From: a virus
DNA: 64,000 nucleotides
Virus record (IMG/VR): IMGVR_UViG_3300045996_002876
Coordinates: 1-64,000 of that record
Direction: 5' to 3' (one strand)
The notes beneath the pieces are model-generated. The model was not told the DNA's origin, did no database searches, and saw only the letters and a list, made by a program, of their open reading frames with translations. Shown here piece after piece: positions 1-9,898 of this stretch; position 1 is the stretch's first letter; every line of letters starts with the position of its first letter. The translations under genes were made by a program, and so were the position numbers.

Positions 1-8
1 ACCAAAGA

Positions 9-60
9 GACTCTGCCGGGGGCTGCCCGGAGTCGGCGGAGGGCAGCCCCCGGCAGAGTC
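9..60. repeat. Perfect 20-bp inverted repeat
   Basis: GACTCTGCCGGGGGCTGCCC (9-28) / GGGCAGCCCCCGGCAGAGTC (41-60), 12-nt loop. Confidence 0.95.
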
Positions 61-113
61 AGGGGCCGGCGTCGGGGTGGGCCCGCCCCCGGCCGGGGGC
101 GGAGGCGGGCGGA

Positions 114-157
114 GGGGTGGCCGGGCTAACCCGCCCTGGGGTTAGCCCGGCCACCCC
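114..157. repeat. Perfect 19-bp inverted repeat
   Basis: GGGGTGGCCGGGCTAACCC (114-132) / GGGTTAGCCCGGCCACCCC (139-157). Confidence 0.95.
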
Positions 158-528
158 GGAGCCGCCGGGACGCACGACCCGCGACCGGCGCCCTGGCTCG
201 GGGCTTCCAGGGCGGCCAGCCCGCGCACGCGTGAACCAGCCGTGCCTTTGTCGAACGCACGACCGGAGACGGCCGCCCACTTGTCGGGACGCCGGGGAGG
301 GACGTGCGGCCCGGGGACGCGTGGGGCGTAACCCCAATAGGGGGGGGGTGGAATATTCGCAGAAGCGAAGTCCTCAGAGAGGACGAGCACCCCCGTTTGG
401 AAAACCCGGGGCTCCCCGGGTCTCATGAGAAACGGCCCCGAAAAAATACGACCCCGGGTCCGGAACTCACAGTCAAACGGCTACACTTGCGTTGCCCCCA
501 CGTCCGACCGGAGTCTCCCCGGGGGCCC

Positions 529-602
529 TTCAGGAATTTCAAGATTTTTTCCTGATTCTCCTTGACAGGCCGCCCGGAATGTGGTATAGGTTGGGGTACA
601 CC
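529..602 (+). promoter_or_regulatory. Sigma70-type promoter for the portal operon; copy 1 of a ~74-bp repeat
   Basis: TTGACA(562)-17-TATAGG(585) with extended -10 TG; near-identical copy at 9820-9893. Confidence 0.85.
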
Positions 603-639
603 TCTTCGCCGCCCCGCCCCCACAACCCACCCCCTCCGC

Positions 640-2082
640 GTGCCCCTCGGGTCCTGGCTCCGGCGGCTCGTCCCGTTCCTACCCCGGCCCGCCCGGGAGA
701 AGGCCGCCGGGCGGGCCCGCGAGACGTTCGCCCCGTCCGCCGCCGGGTCCCCGGGGATGACCGGGTGGAGCGAGAACCGGTCCGACCAGGCCCGGGCCTT
801 CCGCCACTGGACGTTCGTGGCCATCTCCCGGATCGCCGACCGGGTGGCCTGCCAGGCCGTCAACGTGGCCCGCGTCCAGGCCGCCCCCCAGGGCCCGCCC
901 AAGGGGCAGGCGGCCCGGCTCGCCCGCCAGAAGGCCCTGGCCCCGATCGCCAACCAGGAGACGACCGTCCCGGCCGGCCGGGACCACCCCCTGTGCCGCC
1001 TGCTGGCCGACCCGAACGACCCGGACACGGCCTACGACCTGTGGTACGAGACGGTCCTGTTCCTCCTGCTGACCGGGAACGCCTACTGGTGGGCCCCCCG
1101 GAACGCGGTCCTGGGCGGCCCGGCCGCCCTCTGGGTCCTGCCCAGCCACTGGGTGTTCCCGGTCTTCGACCGGGACGGGGTGGTCGTCGCCTACGACCTC
1201 CGGCCGGACACCGGCGGGTACCTGACCCGCCGCCTGCCGGCCGCCGAGGTCATCCACTTCCGCAAGAAGAGCCCGACCAACAAGCACGACGGGTACAGCC
1301 CGCAGACGGCCGGGGCCCACTGGATCGACAGCCAGCTGAGCGTCGACAAGAGCCGCTGGCACACGTTCAAGAACGGGGCCTTCCCGGCCGCCGCCCTCGA
1401 GTTCCACGACAACTACAGCGACCCGACGGACGACGACCTGGCCCGGATCGAGCAGAAGTTCCTGGCCCGGTACGCCGGGGAGACGCGGGCCGGCAAGCCC
1501 CTCCTCCTGCCCCCCGGGGTCAAGTACCACAAGATCAGCCTGACCCCGGCCGAGATGGCCTACGTGGCCTCGGCCGACCAGCTCCGGGACAACATCCTGG
1601 CCCTCTTCGGGGTCCCGGCGGTCGTCGCCGGGATCGTCCAGAACATGACGTTCGGGGCCATCATGGCCGCCAACGTCAACTTCTGCTCGATCACCGTCAA
1701 CCCCCTCCTCCGGTTCCTCGGCCAGGTCATCACCGAGAAGCTGGCCCGCCCGGCCTACGGGGCCGACCTGGTCGTCTACTGGGACGACGCCACCCCGGAG
1801 GACCCGGCCGCCCGCGAGGCCGCCATCAAGACGGATGCCCTCCTCGGCGGGATCACGACCAACGAGCTCCGGGCCCTCCGCGGCCGCCAGCCGTACGCCC
1901 ACGGCGGGGACGACCCTTTGGTCCCGCACATCGGCCTGGTCCTGAACTGGGGGACCGGGCGGCCGATCGAGGAGCTCAACCCCCAGGCGGCCCTCGACGC
2001 CAAGCCGGCCAAGGCCCCGCCGGCCGACGCCGGCCGCCCGCCGGGGCCGGCCGACGAGCCCCAGGACCCCGGCGAAGACTGA
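640..2082 (+). CDS. Phage portal protein (HK97 family)
   Basis: LLLTGNAYW, EVIHFRK, GYSP, ILALFGVP and ITTNELRALRG motifs; start moved to GTG 640 because the ORF-track start lies inside the promoter. Confidence 0.92.
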   Translation: MPLGSWLRRLVPFLPRPAREKAAGRARETFAPSAAGSPGMTGWSENRSDQARAFRHWTFVAISRIADRVACQAVNVARVQAAPQGPPKGQAARLARQKALAPIANQETTVPAGRDHPLCRLLADPNDPDTAYDLWYETVLFLLLTGNAYWWAPRNAVLGGPAALWVLPSHWVFPVFDRDGVVVAYDLRPDTGGYLTRRLPAAEVIHFRKKSPTNKHDGYSPQTAGAHWIDSQLSVDKSRWHTFKNGAFPAAALEFHDNYSDPTDDDLARIEQKFLARYAGETRAGKPLLLPPGVKYHKISLTPAEMAYVASADQLRDNILALFGVPAVVAGIVQNMTFGAIMAANVNFCSITVNPLLRFLGQVITEKLARPAYGADLVVYWDDATPEDPAAREAAIKTDALLGGITTNELRALRGRQPYAHGGDDPLVPHIGLVLNWGTGRPIEELNPQAALDAKPAKAPPADAGRPPGPADEPQDPGED

Positions 2083-2093
2083 CCCCTCCCGGC

Positions 2094-2128
2094 CGCCCGG
2101 CCGAACTCCCCCAGAGTTCGGCCGGGCG
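2094..2128. repeat. 15-bp perfect palindrome, loop CCCCA (terminator or cruciform candidate)
   Basis: CGCCCGGCCGAACTC-CCCCA-GAGTTCGGCCGGGCG right after the portal stop. Confidence 0.8.
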
Positions 2129-2140
2129 AGGCTGACCCCC

Positions 2141-2350
2141 ATGCCCTGGCCCGACCTGACCCGGTACCTGATCGTCGGGACGATCGTCGTCCTCGGCCTG
2201 TACGACCTGGTGGCCCTCGGCCGGGGCGGGCCGGACGCGACCATCTCCCGCGTGGCCCTCGACCTGGCCGTCCGCTACCCCCTGTTCCCGTTCGCCCTCG
2301 GCGTCCTCGCCGGGCACATCCTGGCCGCCCAGCCCCACCCCCACCAGTAG
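2141..2350 (+). CDS. Small two-TM membrane protein
   Basis: 69 aa, two hydrophobic segments, operonic position. Confidence 0.7.
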   Translation: MPWPDLTRYLIVGTIVVLGLYDLVALGRGGPDATISRVALDLAVRYPLFPFALGVLAGHILAAQPHPHQ

Positions 2351-2353
2351 CCC

Positions 2354-2632
2354 ATGGCCACCTACGCCCAGAACACCGACGTCGACGCTGCGGCCGAGGC
2401 CCTGGTCGGGTCCGCCCTCCCGGTCCTCTACGGGGTCCACCTGAAGGCCCTGGCGGCCAACACCGGGACCGTGTACGTCGGCCTGTCCGACCAGGTGACG
2501 GCCTCCACCGGGTGGCCCCTGGCCGCCGGGGAGGACCTGTTCGTGTCGGCCGCCGAGTGTAACTCCGACGCCAACGGGGTGTACGTGATCGCCTCCACCA
2601 CCAACCAGGCCGTCGCCTACCGGGCGGTCTGA
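2354..2632 (+). CDS. Small beta-rich putative virion protein
   Basis: 92 aa, ANTGTVYVG...GWPLAAGE pattern typical of small phage beta-sandwich proteins. Confidence 0.6.
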   Translation: MATYAQNTDVDAAAEALVGSALPVLYGVHLKALAANTGTVYVGLSDQVTASTGWPLAAGEDLFVSAAECNSDANGVYVIASTTNQAVAYRAV

Positions 2633-2634
2633 CC

Positions 2635-3957
2635 ATGTGGCCACGCCCCAGATTCCCGGACCTCGGGGCCTCCTTCGCTGGCCCGCGGCGACGGGCGGCC
2701 GGCCCCGCCCCGCCCGCCTCCCCCGCCCCCGACGTGTGGCTCAAGGCCGAGAATTACAACGCCGCGACGGGCACCTGGACGGACGCGGGCGCCCTGGGGT
2801 TCAGCCCATCCCAGGCGACCGAGGCCAACCGCCCGACCCTCACCAGTAACGCCTTCAAGACGTACCCGGCCGTCACTTATTCGGCCACGCAAAATCTGAC
2901 CGGCACGTCCATGCCGCTGGCCAACAGCCGCACGAAGGGGACGTGGATGGCGGTCTTCCGGTCGGACACCGGGAGCCCGCCGGGCGGGTCGGTCTTCAGC
3001 ACGACCCAGGACCAATTGGGCTTGCTCTCCGACGGCCGGGTCGCACTCAACACCGCGGCGGCCGAGTACGGGACGATGGCGGCCGGGGCGAAGGCGGGCA
3101 TGTTGAGCCTGGCCGGCGGGCAAGTGTCCACCCTGATCTACGACGGGGCCCTCGCCGGGAATGCCAACCGGCTCAAGTTCCGCCGGAACCTGATCCAAGA
3201 GACGCTGACCTTTACCGGGACGATCCCGGCGACGACCTACGCGGGCGGGACGGGCGTGTTCCTCGGGCGGGAGGCCAACGGGTCGGGCTGGGCACACAAC
3301 GCGGCCGAAATCATCTTCTGGCGGGCCGTTGCCCTGACCGACCCCCAGATCGCCGAATGGGAATCGTACTTGGCCGCCAAGTACCTGACCAAGACGACAA
3401 AGCAGATGGTCGTCAGCGGGGACAGTAACGCCAAGGGGAGCCCGAACCACGTCGACGCCGGCTGGCCCCAGCGGGTGACGGCGGCCCTCGGGTGGGCGGC
3501 CGTCTCGAACAACTCGACGGTCGGGTACAAACTCATCCAGGGGTCGGCGTCGCCCAACTTCGAGAAGCGGGACGACTGGCACACGGCGCAGCCGTATGTC
3601 GTGGCGCTGGGCACGAACGACCTGGCCGTGGATCACGCCAGCCTGGCGACCCTCCAGGGGTACGTCAACACGCTCAAGACGAAGCTGACGGCCTGCCGCT
3701 ACCCGATCTTCGCGTTCACCATCCCGGCGGCCGGGGCGAACATCGCCGGGGCCGACGAGACGACGCGGACGGGCTTCAACGCCTGGCTGGCCGCCCAGAC
3801 CGGCCTGACCGTGATCGACGTGGCGGCGGCCCTGGGCGACCCGACTGGGGCGGGGGGCGCGAACTTCGAGGGGGACGACCTGCACCTGTCGGACGCCGGC
3901 CACGAGGTGGTGGAGGCGGCGGTGGTCGCGGCGTTCACGACGGCGGGGTACGTCTAG
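2635..3957 (+). CDS. LamG/concanavalin-like domain fused to an SGNH/GDSL esterase
   Basis: VWLKA...YLAAKY lectin-like N-half; GDS, GTND and DLH SGNH blocks. Confidence 0.8.
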   Translation: MWPRPRFPDLGASFAGPRRRAAGPAPPASPAPDVWLKAENYNAATGTWTDAGALGFSPSQATEANRPTLTSNAFKTYPAVTYSATQNLTGTSMPLANSRTKGTWMAVFRSDTGSPPGGSVFSTTQDQLGLLSDGRVALNTAAAEYGTMAAGAKAGMLSLAGGQVSTLIYDGALAGNANRLKFRRNLIQETLTFTGTIPATTYAGGTGVFLGREANGSGWAHNAAEIIFWRAVALTDPQIAEWESYLAAKYLTKTTKQMVVSGDSNAKGSPNHVDAGWPQRVTAALGWAAVSNNSTVGYKLIQGSASPNFEKRDDWHTAQPYVVALGTNDLAVDHASLATLQGYVNTLKTKLTACRYPIFAFTIPAAGANIAGADETTRTGFNAWLAAQTGLTVIDVAAALGDPTGAGGANFEGDDLHLSDAGHEVVEAAVVAAFTTAGYV

Positions 3958-4041
3958 CCGGCGGCCCCCTCCCCTCCCCTCCCCTACCCTCCCCTCCCCT
4001 CCCGGCTCACGGGACACCCCCGACCTCCCGACGGCCCGCCC

Positions 4042-5523
4042 ATGCCCGACACCGACTTCCTCGAGATCCTCAAGGCCCGCCGGACCCCGGTCGTCAAGGA
4101 CGGGGCCGCCCACCTGGTCGGGTCCGGGTACGCGTTCCTGACCCGCGGCGGGGAGAAGGCGGTCCTCGCCGACCCCCTCTCGGAGAAGGTGGCGTCCGAC
4201 GACGCGGCCATGACCCACCGGTTCCGGATCTCCAGCCCGTGCCTCGACCGGGCCGGGGACGTGGTCCGCCCGCTCGGGTGCCTGGCCGTCCGGGACGGGA
4301 AGCCCCTCCTCGACCGGTACCGGAAGAACCCCCAGGTCCTGTTCGGGCACGACAGCCGGGCCTTCCCGGTCGCCCGGTCGCGGGACGGCGGCGGGGCCTT
4401 CGGGGTCGACGTCCGGGAGGACGGGATCTTCGGGACGGCCGAGTTCCACGGGTCCACGTACGAGTCCGAGAAGTGCTACGAGCTGATCAAGCTCGGGTAC
4501 CTGAACGCCACCTCGATCGGGTTCAACCCGCTCAAGGCCCGGCTCCTGCCGGACACCCGCCCGGACCCCCGGCGGGGCGAGCTGAACTTCCAGTACCCCG
4601 GCCTGGACTTCGAGGAGTGGGAGCTCATGGAGTGGTCGGTCGTCCCGGTCCCGTGCAACCCCGAGGCCCTGGACGGGCTCAAGGGCTGGGTGGGCAAGGC
4701 GGCCGGCGGCGACTCCCCCCTCCTCCAGTCGATCAAGGCCATGCTGGCCACCGACGGCGGGGCCTCCGTGACCGTGTCCGTCCCGGCCGACCCCCCGCCG
4801 GCCCCCGTCCCGACGATCGAGCTCAAGGTCGAGCCGGTCGTCACCCTCAAGGAGGTCCCGGTGACGTTCGTCTCCGGGGTCGCCCTCGAGCCGTTCACCC
4901 CCTCCGAGGTGGAGGCCGTCGTGGGGCAGCTCACCGCCCCGAAGGTCGAGGTCAGGGAGCTGGTCGTCGAGGACCCGCGGGTGGCCGCCCTGGCGGCCAA
5001 GCTGGCCGAGCTGGAGGCCCGGTTCGCCGGGGCCGCCGCCAAGAACGCCGAGGCCCTCAAGGAGCTCCCGGTCCCGGCCGAGCCCCCGGCCCCCGAGCCC
5101 GAGGCCGAGGCCGAGGCGGCCCCGAAGGCCACCCCGCCGGTCGGGGCCTGGGTCCTCCTGAAGGGCAAGAAGGAGCTCGACGAGCTCTACCACCTGATCG
5201 AGGCCAAGCTCCCCCAGGTGGACAACCCGAAGACGTGCGCCTTCCTGGACGACCTGCACGCCGACCTGGACGCCCTCATGGGGAAGGTCCAGAAGTTCGG
5301 CCGCAAGCAGTACCCGGACTGGTTCCCGAAAGACGCCGACGACCCCAAGGCGGCCCCGGCCGAGGTCGAAAAGGCCGCGGTATCGGGCCCGGCGGGGACG
5401 CCAGTGGCGTCCCCGCCGGTGTGGACCCCGGAGATGGTGGCCGCCGCCCAGGCCGCCCTCGGCAAGCTGGCCGCCCTGGCCGAGCAGTCGGCCCGGTCCG
5501 TCTACCGGCTGACCGGCCGGTAG
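4042..5523 (+). CDS. Prohead maturation protease (HK97-like) with a long C-terminal extension
   Basis: DRAGDVV, YRKNPQVLFGHD, ATSIGF and ELMEWSVVPVPCNPEAL motifs. Confidence 0.88.
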   Translation: MPDTDFLEILKARRTPVVKDGAAHLVGSGYAFLTRGGEKAVLADPLSEKVASDDAAMTHRFRISSPCLDRAGDVVRPLGCLAVRDGKPLLDRYRKNPQVLFGHDSRAFPVARSRDGGGAFGVDVREDGIFGTAEFHGSTYESEKCYELIKLGYLNATSIGFNPLKARLLPDTRPDPRRGELNFQYPGLDFEEWELMEWSVVPVPCNPEALDGLKGWVGKAAGGDSPLLQSIKAMLATDGGASVTVSVPADPPPAPVPTIELKVEPVVTLKEVPVTFVSGVALEPFTPSEVEAVVGQLTAPKVEVRELVVEDPRVAALAAKLAELEARFAGAAAKNAEALKELPVPAEPPAPEPEAEAEAAPKATPPVGAWVLLKGKKELDELYHLIEAKLPQVDNPKTCAFLDDLHADLDALMGKVQKFGRKQYPDWFPKDADDPKAAPAEVEKAAVSGPAGTPVASPPVWTPEMVAAAQAALGKLAALAEQSARSVYRLTGR

Positions 5524-5596
5524 GCGGCCCCCCCCCGCCCTCCCCTTCCCCGCCTACCCCACCCACCTCTGACCCCGCCCCGGGGGACCCCCGCCC

Positions 5597-6022
5597 ATGG
5601 CCGCCTTTGTCAAATTCGAGGCGTTCTCGGAACACCTCAGCGAGAAGGTCCACGACCTCAACGCCGACCTCCTCAAGGTCCTCCTGGCCCTGGACGCCCC
5701 GAGCGCCGCCAACGACGCCGTCAAGGCCGACCTGACGAGCGAGCTCGGGACCGCGAACGGGTACACGGCCGGGGGGGAAGACACCCAGAACGCCACCAGC
5801 CGGTCCGGGGGGACGACCTCCGTCACCGGCGTGGACATCGTGTTCACCGCCTCCGGCGGGAGCGTGGGGCCCTTCCGCTACGCCGTCCTCTACAACGACA
5901 CGCCGGCCGCCGGGGTGGTCGACCCCCTGATCGGGTACTGGGACTACGGGTCGAACGTCACCCTGGCGGACGGGGAGACCTTCACGGTCGACTTCGGGTC
6001 GAGCATGTTCACGGTCTCCTAA
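5597..6022 (+). CDS. Conserved phage structural protein
   Basis: GYTAGG...FTASGGSVGPFRYAVLYNDT...LIGYWDYG, a recurrent phage virion family. Confidence 0.7.
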   Translation: MAAFVKFEAFSEHLSEKVHDLNADLLKVLLALDAPSAANDAVKADLTSELGTANGYTAGGEDTQNATSRSGGTTSVTGVDIVFTASGGSVGPFRYAVLYNDTPAAGVVDPLIGYWDYGSNVTLADGETFTVDFGSSMFTVS

Positions 6023-6056
6023 CGCACGCCTCCCGCCCCCGGCAAGGACCCCGCCC

Positions 6057-6347
6057 ATGGCCAAGTGTATTATGCAGTGCGTCCGGGACGTCGAGCCGGG
6101 GGCGTCCGAGAACGAGTTCGTCCTCCAGCTGGAGGTGGTCTTCCTCGGGGCCGGCGTCCCCGGCGGGACCCTGAGCGGCAAGGGCCCGGACGGGTCCGGC
6201 CGGGTGCCCTGCCCCCTCACCATCACCCAGCTGGCCCAGTACGCGAACAACGTCGAGGACGCCATGCTCGCCGAGGCGGCCCGGCTGGGGGTCACCGGCC
6301 TCGGCCGGACGGACTGCCTGATCCTGAACTACGTCCGGGGGGCGTGA
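6057..6347 (+). CDS. Hypothetical protein
   Basis: 96 aa ORF, CCGCCC-ATG start, operonic. Confidence 0.65.
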   Translation: MAKCIMQCVRDVEPGASENEFVLQLEVVFLGAGVPGGTLSGKGPDGSGRVPCPLTITQLAQYANNVEDAMLAEAARLGVTGLGRTDCLILNYVRGA

Positions 6348-6351
6348 GCCG

Positions 6352-6714
6352 GTGATCCCCCTGACGAACGTCGGCTCGGTCTACGACTTCATCCCGGCCT
6401 CCCGCGCCCTGGGGATCGGGCGACGGGACTTCCGCGGGTACGACCGGCTGACCCTGGACGTGTACCACCAGAAGGTCGGGACGGGGACGATCTCCTACCA
6501 GCTCTGGAACGAGACGGCCGGGGCCCCCCTGCTGGACGCGGGCGGGGCCGAGGTCGTGGTCAGCGACGCCCAGGCGGCGGCCGCCCGGTTCCTGACCGCC
6601 ACCTTTACCGTCAACCGGGCGGACGTGATCCTCCTGCGGCTCCGGTCCAAGTCCACGGTGGCCGGGGACGACCCCGTCTTCCTCGGGGCCTCCGTCCTAC
6701 TGTGGAAGGCGTGA
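6352..6714 (+). CDS. Hypothetical, putative virion protein
   Basis: 120 aa, beta-rich, operonic. Confidence 0.6.
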   Translation: MIPLTNVGSVYDFIPASRALGIGRRDFRGYDRLTLDVYHQKVGTGTISYQLWNETAGAPLLDAGGAEVVVSDAQAAAARFLTATFTVNRADVILLRLRSKSTVAGDDPVFLGASVLLWKA

Positions 6715-7043
6715 TGATCGGGTTCGCCGCCACGTCGTTCGCCGCCGGCCTGCCGTCCTTCCTCGTCGCCTCGTTCGACGACGGCCGGTGCCTGTGGTAC
6801 TTGGACTGGGACGACGCCCTCCGGGCCACGGCCCTGACGTGCGTGAACAACTCGGCCCGGCCATCGTCGGGGTCCGTCGCCCGCCCGGACGGCACGGGGG
6901 CGGTGAGCCTGACGGGGGTGCCCGCCGGGCAGACGCAGACGGTGGCGGTTCCCACGACGGCAGGGCAAGAGATCCAACTGGCCGGCGTCACCGACCGGCC
7001 CGTCCGGCTGGCCGGCCGGGCGGCGTCCTTCTCCTGGGGCTAG
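6711..7043 (+). CDS. Hypothetical protein
   Basis: GTGA overlap with the upstream stop. Confidence 0.55.
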   Translation: MMIGFAATSFAAGLPSFLVASFDDGRCLWYLDWDDALRATALTCVNNSARPSSGSVARPDGTGAVSLTGVPAGQTQTVAVPTTAGQEIQLAGVTDRPVRLAGRAASFSWG

Positions 7044-7046
7044 CCC

Positions 7047-7820
7047 GTGGCGCTGACGCTCGTACAGGGGTCGTCGCTCGGGGCGTGGGGGGCCACGACC
7101 AACGGGGCCACGGCCACCGACCCGGTGGCGGTGACGTGGGCGCAGGCCCGGGCGGTCGGCAGTCTGCTGGTCCTCGTCTACTCCTCGGACGGGCTTGTCA
7201 CCGTCCCGCCGGGGTGGGCCTCGGCCGTGGTCGCCCTCGACTACTGCGACATGGAGATTTGTTACCGGACCGCGGCCAACAACGCGACCGACGCCCCGTC
7301 CATCGACAACAACGCCTCCACCTGCCTGGCGTGGGCCGAGTACAGCGGGTGGGACGGGGCGGCCCCGGACAAGACGGCCAGCAGCACCGGGAACACGTTC
7401 ACCGGGACGCAGAGCCGGACGACCGGGACGACCGGGACGACCGTCCAGGCGGACGAGTTGGCCGTCGCCGCCTGGTACTACTCCTGTGCCAACGGGATGA
7501 CCGGGGCCCAGTGGAGCGGGCAGACCAACAGCTTCACCGAGGCGGCCGACGTCGGCACGACCAAGGGGGCCGGGACGAACGTCGGGCTGTGCGTGGCCAC
7601 CCGCGACCTGGCCGCGACCGGGGCCTACTCGTCGTCGGCCAGCATCACCTACCCGGCCGGGCCGGGCCCCAACAACGGGAACGGCGGGGCCATCGCCACC
7701 TTCAAGGCGGCGGCCGTGACGGCCAAGGCCCCGCCCCGGGCCCGCCGCCCGGCCCGCCGGTGGTTCCGCACGGCCGGCGGCCTCCTGGCCCCCCTCCCCG
7801 GTGTCCTCCTGGCCGGCTGA
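7047..7820 (+). CDS. Thr/Ala/Gly-rich beta-sandwich putative virion appendage protein
   Basis: 257 aa, GSLLVLV...PPGW...EYSG pattern, Arg/Pro-rich C-tail. Confidence 0.6.
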   Translation: MALTLVQGSSLGAWGATTNGATATDPVAVTWAQARAVGSLLVLVYSSDGLVTVPPGWASAVVALDYCDMEICYRTAANNATDAPSIDNNASTCLAWAEYSGWDGAAPDKTASSTGNTFTGTQSRTTGTTGTTVQADELAVAAWYYSCANGMTGAQWSGQTNSFTEAADVGTTKGAGTNVGLCVATRDLAATGAYSSSASITYPAGPGPNNGNGGAIATFKAAAVTAKAPPRARRPARRWFRTAGGLLAPLPGVLLAG

Positions 7821-7858
7821 CCCCTCCCGCCCACCCCTTCCCCAGGCCACCCCCGCCC

Positions 7859-8344
7859 ATGGGCCGAATCTATTCCGTCCCCTTCGCCGGGGCCACCGTC
7901 ACCAACGCCGGCGGGAACACCGACCTGTGGGAGTTCCTCCCGGCCGACGACAAGCCGATCCGCCTCCGGGGGTTCTGCCTCGGCCAGACCTCCGAGGTCG
8001 GGGACGCGGCCGAGGAAGGGGTCGAGGTCCAGGTGATCCGGATGGCCGCCACCGTCACCTCGTCCAACGGCGGGGCCGTCACCCCGGTCCCGGTGGACTC
8101 GGCCGACGCGGCCGCCGGGTTCACGGCCGAGACGAACGGGACGACGGTGGCCACCACGTCCGGGGCGACGACGATCGTGGCCTCGTTCATGGTCAACCTC
8201 CGGGGGAGCCCGTTCGACTACTGGTTCCCGGACGAGCGGTTCGCGCCCAAGGCCAAACAGGGGGAGGGCTTGTTCCTCCGCCTGATCACCACGGTCGCGG
8301 ACGACATCACCTTCGGCGGCACGGCGTGGGTCGAGGAGGACTAG
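7859..8344 (+). CDS. Putative virion structural protein
   Basis: 161 aa from ATG 7859, ends in the W-x-E-E/D motif common in phage structural beta proteins. Confidence 0.6.
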   Translation: MGRIYSVPFAGATVTNAGGNTDLWEFLPADDKPIRLRGFCLGQTSEVGDAAEEGVEVQVIRMAATVTSSNGGAVTPVPVDSADAAAGFTAETNGTTVATTSGATTIVASFMVNLRGSPFDYWFPDERFAPKAKQGEGLFLRLITTVADDITFGGTAWVEED

Positions 8345-8364
8345 CCCACCCGGCGGGAGCGTAA

Positions 8365-9450
8365 GTGCCCACGTTCTTCACCCGCCGGCCGTTCCGCCGC
8401 CGGCCCCGGCGGCGGCCCCCGTCCCGCCCGGCCCTCCAGGCCTACACCCTGACGGCCGACCCCGGCGGCGTCTCCCTCTCGGGGGCGGCCGCGGCCCTCG
8501 AGCGGGGCCTCCTCCTGGGGGCCCAGGCCGGGGGCCTCGCCCTCTCCGGGACGGCCGCGTCCCTGGAGAAGGGGTCCGGGGTCGCCGCCGCCGCGGGGGC
8601 CGTGTCCCTCACCGGGACGGCCGCGACCTTCCCCCGGACGTACGTCCTGGCCCCGGCCGCCGGGTCGGCCGCCCTGACGGGGGCCGCGGCGTCCCTCGAA
8701 CGCGGCCTTCTCCTGACGGCGGACGCCGGGGCCCACGGCCTCGCCGGCACGGCCGCGGCCCTCGAGCGGGGGCACCTGCTCCCCGCCGGGGCCGGCTCGG
8801 TCGCCCTCACGGGCACGGCCGCGACCCTGTCCCGGACCAAGGCCCTGGCCGCCGGGGCGGGCTCCCTCGAGGTCACCGGGGCGGCCGCGCCCCTCGAGTA
8901 CGGCCGGGTCCTGTCGGCCCAGGCCGGGGCCGTCGCCGTCACCGGCACGGACGCCGACCTCATCGACAGCGGGACCGACCCGGTCCTGACGGCCGCCGCC
9001 GGCTCCACGCCCGTTTCCGGGACCGCCGCCTCCCTGGAGGTCGGCCGCCGGCTGGCGGCCGTCGCCGGGGCCCTCTCGCTCGCCGGCCCGCCGGCCTCCC
9101 TGGAGGCCGGCCTCGTCCTCCCGGCCGCCGCCGGGGCCTTCGCCCTCTCAGGTCAGGCCGCCGCCCTCGAGGTCGGCCGGGTGCTCGCCGGGGACTCCGG
9201 CCCGGTCGCCGTCACCGGAGCGGCCGCCGCCTTCCGCCTGGGTCGCCTCCTGGCCGCCGCGTCCGGGTCCCTGACCCTGACCGGGACGGCCGCCGGGCTG
9301 GTCCCCGGGTCCTCGGTCTCGCCCCGCGTCATCGCCCTGACCTACCGGGCCCCGGCCGAGGCGGGGCTCGCCTACCGGGCCCCGGCCGACCCCGCCCTGG
9401 CCTACCGGGCCCCGGCCGACGCCGCCCTCACGTACCACGCCGGGGACTGA
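8365..9450 (+). CDS. Ala/Gly-rich repeat fibre-like protein
   Basis: About 13 imperfect ~22-aa repeats (AGxxALTGTAASLExG); C-terminal LAYRAPAD repeats. Confidence 0.7.
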   Translation: MPTFFTRRPFRRRPRRRPPSRPALQAYTLTADPGGVSLSGAAAALERGLLLGAQAGGLALSGTAASLEKGSGVAAAAGAVSLTGTAATFPRTYVLAPAAGSAALTGAAASLERGLLLTADAGAHGLAGTAAALERGHLLPAGAGSVALTGTAATLSRTKALAAGAGSLEVTGAAAPLEYGRVLSAQAGAVAVTGTDADLIDSGTDPVLTAAAGSTPVSGTAASLEVGRRLAAVAGALSLAGPPASLEAGLVLPAAAGAFALSGQAAALEVGRVLAGDSGPVAVTGAAAAFRLGRLLAAASGSLTLTGTAAGLVPGSSVSPRVIALTYRAPAEAGLAYRAPADPALAYRAPADAALTYHAGD

Positions 9451-9451
9451 C

Positions 9452-9811
9452 ATGGCCTACAACACCCAGTCCTTTTCCCCGGCCCCGTACCGCGGGGAGG
9501 ACGTCACCCCCACCTTCACCCCGGACGACCTCCCGGCCGACGACGTCACCACCTGGACGCTGGGGTTCACCGCCTGGCACCGGGCCACCGCCTCGTCCGA
9601 CGACCCGGCCATCTCCAAGGCGTCCGGCTCCGGGGTCTCCGTCCTGTCCAGCTCGGCCAAGACCTTCCAGGTCGCCATCGCCTCGGCCGACACGGCCGAC
9701 CTGACCCCCGGCCTGTACGGGTGGGAGCTGTGGCGGACCGACGGCGGGAGCCGCAAGCTCCTGGCGGCCGGGACCTTCGAGCTCCTGAAGGCCCGCCGGA
9801 CGTTCGCCTGA
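9452..9811 (+). CDS. BppU-N-like small structural protein
   Basis: YRGED...DTADLTPGLYGWELWRTD...LAAGTF pattern. Confidence 0.55.
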   Translation: MAYNTQSFSPAPYRGEDVTPTFTPDDLPADDVTTWTLGFTAWHRATASSDDPAISKASGSGVSVLSSSAKTFQVAIASADTADLTPGLYGWELWRTDGGSRKLLAAGTFELLKARRTFA

Positions 9812-9819
9812 GTGGGCAG

Positions 9820-9893
9820 TTCAGGAATTTCAAGATTTTTTCTGGATTCTCCTTGACAGCCCCGGGAAAATGTGGTATAGGTACTGGTACACC
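9820..9893 (+). promoter_or_regulatory. Sigma70-type promoter for the capsid operon; copy 2 of the ~74-bp repeat
   Basis: TTGACA(9853)-17-TATAGG(9876); first 23 nt identical to 529-551. Confidence 0.85.
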
Positions 9894-9898
9894 CCCCG

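Noticed and set aside
344-394. Hammerhead ribozyme
   Set aside because: A three-way junction is present but the CTGANGA and GAAA core is missing
59-555. Short ORFs at the window start
   Set aside because: Arg/Pro-rich translations over palindromic DNA, with no recognisable motifs
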